Source: Pseudomonadota bacterium (GTDB lineage: Bacteria > Pseudomonadota > Alphaproteobacteria > Rhizobiales > Rhizobiaceae). From it: 61,967 bases of DNA. The stretch spans positions 1-61,967 of the forward strand of contig JBCBYZ010000001.1 in the NCBI GenBank assembly GCA_039815595.1. Reading direction: 5' to 3'. Below are positions 59,488-61,967 of this stretch, one piece after another; the first letter of the stretch is position 1, and every line of letters starts with the position of its first letter. Under the pieces are notes generated by a model. That model ran no database searches and had not been told where the DNA came from. It worked only from the letters and a program-made list of their open reading frames with translations. The position numbers and the translations under genes are program-made.

Positions 59488-60714
59488 CTAAACGCGACCA
59501 TAGACCTTTTTACGCACGCGTTTTGCCATCTCCCACAGGTGCGGGTTGTTGCGCACGATGCGTTTGCCGAGCAGCTTCACCCGCTCATAGCCGGTGAACA
59601 ACCGACCCAAAGGTGTGAGCGCCAAACTGGTTTCAAACATCGGAACGGTGGTGTCACACCACGAGGTCTTGTAGCGCTCTTCACCACGCCCAAAATCAAA
59701 CTGCTGGACACCCCGTTCGGCACAGTCTTTCACCGTGAGATGGATGATCATCTCGCCCGGCGATATGTGGGAAAATGCGTCATCGGCATACGATATGAAG
59801 TAGCCTGAAAACTGATCGCCCTGATGGCCACCAGCAAACGTGGCTCGCACTGTCCCCGCGATTTCCAACGCGTAAATCACCATGGCGGGCTTGGTCTGCC
59901 CAACGCCCTCGTGAGCCAGATTGCGCATGAAATCCTGCACACCGGCATCGTTGAACCGGTTCCAGATACCCGCCCGGTCAAACCGCACCGCCATTTGCGC
60001 AAACGCAGCGTCAAACGCCCGGTCGATCGTGGCAGCGTCCGAGGCGCGAATAAGCCTCGCTCCGCCATGATCTTTCAGTTGATTGGTCTGCCAGCGCAGT
60101 TTCTTGCGTTTGCGTGCACCGTTCTTACGCTTCAACGCTTCATCAAAGGATGGAAGTAGGCTGAGCGAGAAGCCGTGATTGTGTGAGGGATGGCGCGGCA
60201 ACATGGCAAATGGGTTTGTGTGCCCCTGCCACGTGGTCGGCTGGCAGCACAGTTCCAGAAGATCGATTTTGCCAAGCGCTTTGCACAAAGCGTCCATGAT
60301 GATCTTGATACTACCGGGCTGGCCATCGGCACCGGCGCCACTTGGCCTCAGACGGCTCAAAAATGATGGCGCATAAAGGCCCATGTGAAAATTGGTGTGG
60401 GTGTCTCCAAGCCAAGTGAGGACCCGAAAAGGCCCGCGCTGTTTTACCCCCATTGGTAAAATAAACGCGGTTTCCGCGCCCAATCGGCCGATCGCTATGC
60501 GCGGCTGAATACGTGCCAGTGTGCCAACTTGCGTGGCCCAATTGGCGATCCAGTCATAACTTTGATAAACGCTGCAGGGGCTGATCAGCTCGAGCGCGCG
60601 CCATTCATTGCGCACCAGATCGGCAGAGTCGTATACGCTGACGTCCAACGTGGAACCATTGGTCCACGGCAGATCAAATCGGCAAACAACGGTGTCTTGA
60701 TGTCGAAGCAGCAT
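59488..60714 (-). CDS. uppA: GNAT (CelD/BcsL-like) acetyltransferase, UppA-like
   Basis: YQSYDW...W, SPGEM, FDFGRGEERYK..W. Confidence 0.85.
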   Translation of the reverse strand: MLLRHQDTVVCRFDLPWTNGSTLDVSVYDSADLVRNEWRALELISPCSVYQSYDWIANWATQVGTLARIQPRIAIGRLGAETAFILPMGVKQRGPFRVLTWLGDTHTNFHMGLYAPSFLSRLRPSGAGADGQPGSIKIIMDALCKALGKIDLLELCCQPTTWQGHTNPFAMLPRHPSHNHGFSLSLLPSFDEALKRKNGARKRKKLRWQTNQLKDHGGARLIRASDAATIDRAFDAAFAQMAVRFDRAGIWNRFNDAGVQDFMRNLAHEGVGQTKPAMVIYALEIAGTVRATFAGGHQGDQFSGYFISYADDAFSHISPGEMIIHLTVKDCAERGVQQFDFGRGEERYKTSWCDTTVPMFETSLALTPLGRLFTGYERVKLLGKRIVRNNPHLWEMAKRVRKKVYGRV

Positions 60715-60821
60715 GAACGGGCATCATTGATTACGCAAAACTTGCCCGAACGGTAGCAGTAAATTCTAAACAAGTTTGTTCCACGATGTATCAAGATGTT
60801 TGATGGACCTTGGCAGCGAGT

Positions 60822-61880
60822 ATGAGTGCAGCGAAAACGCGGCTGATCCGCCATGCCTTGTCCGCCATGACCTTCACGGGACTGGACAGACTGTATGCCC
60901 AGCTCGACCGCGAACTCGGCATGATTTTGACGTTCCACCGCGTTGAGAGCGATCAACCCGACGAACGCACACCCAACGCCCATCTGACAGTCCATCCCGG
61001 TTTTCTGGACGATGTCATAAGCCTGTTGAAGCGTCGAAACATTGAAATCGTATCGATGGATGAAGCACGTCGCAGGATAGCGGAACCGACCGACTACCAA
61101 CGGTTCGCCGCGCTGACCTTTGACGATGGCTACCGGGACAATCTCGAAAACGCCTTACCCGTTCTTGAAAGCCATAGAGCACCGGCGACGCTCTACATCG
61201 CACCGGGGCTGGTGGAAGGTACCGCCTCGCTATGGTGGGAGGGGCTTGGCCAGTTGGTGGCGCAGCAGCAACGGTTTGTGTTCGCTGGTGATAGAGGCCC
61301 AGTCGAATTTGATTGTACGTCGATGACGCGCAAGCAAGAGAGCTTCACCGCGCTGGTCAAATACCTGATTTCGGCCGTGCCTGAACACCTTATCCAACAG
61401 CGCGTCGCGGAGCTTTGCTGGCTTTATAAAATAGACGTGGCCAAGATCACAAAAGACGCAATTATGACGTGGAACGAAATCCGTCAGATGGTGGCATCAC
61501 CCCTGGTTACAGCGGGTGCTCACACGATGAACCACTATCACTTGGCGCGCCTGCCACAGGAACATGCGCGTGATGAGATCTATCAAAGCTCACTTGTGCT
61601 GGAGGCCGAACTTGGCCGGAAGCCGAAACACCTCGCGTTTCCATATGGCTATCACACGGCAGCAGCGCGGCGGGAGTTCGACATGGCTCGCGATATGAAA
61701 TTCGTCACGGCGGTCACTACGCGACCGGGCATGATTTTTGCTGAACACGGCGATCATCTTACCGCATTGCCGAGAATGTCGATGAACGGGCTTTACCAGA
61801 GTGGGCGGTATATCGGGCCGCTCACGTCGGGCTTGCCGAGCCGAATGAAAAACCGCTTGAGCAAGCTGGATGTCGGCTAA
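60822..61880 (+). CDS. Polysaccharide deacetylase (CE4/NodB family)
   Basis: ILTFHRV, LTFDDGYRDN, GAHTMNH, AFPYG, AVTT, LPR. Confidence 0.92.
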   Translation: MSAAKTRLIRHALSAMTFTGLDRLYAQLDRELGMILTFHRVESDQPDERTPNAHLTVHPGFLDDVISLLKRRNIEIVSMDEARRRIAEPTDYQRFAALTFDDGYRDNLENALPVLESHRAPATLYIAPGLVEGTASLWWEGLGQLVAQQQRFVFAGDRGPVEFDCTSMTRKQESFTALVKYLISAVPEHLIQQRVAELCWLYKIDVAKITKDAIMTWNEIRQMVASPLVTAGAHTMNHYHLARLPQEHARDEIYQSSLVLEAELGRKPKHLAFPYGYHTAAARREFDMARDMKFVTAVTTRPGMIFAEHGDHLTALPRMSMNGLYQSGRYIGPLTSGLPSRMKNRLSKLDVG

Positions 61881-61883
61881 AGC

Positions 61884-61967
61884 TTATGCCGGTTCGGTGG
61901 ACATCCATTTGATGATCACCATCGCCGGTAGGATCCACAAAAACCCGCCCACGAAAAAGAAAGCCAG
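61884..61967 (-). CDS. C-terminus of a small membrane protein (DUF2842-like), partial
   Basis: Hand translation gives LAFFFVGGFLWILPAMVIIKWMSTEPA*. Confidence 0.7.
   Translation of the reverse strand: MAFFFVGGFLWILPAMVIIKWMSTEPA

Overview
About 62 kb of gene-dense chromosomal backbone from an alphaproteobacterium. Gene order and protein style suggest Hyphomicrobiales (Rhizobiales), possibly marine; this is inference. Recognisable core blocks are: acyl-CoA enzymes with metY; hom-glpX; rnd-aspS; parC; ate-RDD-hemB; ldtR, an L,D-transpeptidase and glyA-nrdR-ribD-ribE-ribH-nusB-thiL; hppA; bamE with cbp3-yceD-plsX-fabH-ihfA-merR-tRNA-Pro(GGG); and a unipolar-polysaccharide (upp-like) adhesin locus with a polysaccharide deacetylase. 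Accessory genes sit between these blocks: an all-repeat RTX Ca-binding protein, a DUF427 gene paired with a secreted hydrolase, an SLC13 permease, a TupA-like ATP-grasp ligase between tRNA-Pro and the upp genes, and a LysR plus GcvT-family flavoprotein cassette that splits the upp locus. I saw no integrase, transposase, CRISPR array or rRNA. The best leads are the ATP-grasp ligase next to the upp locus, the LysR/GcvT insertion, a multi-hairpin intergenic element and CtrA-like boxes around ldtR-ldt, and a cryptic beta-repeat exported protein beside parC. All calls come from motif reading by eye with no database searches, start codons are best estimates, and synteny comparisons are from recollection.
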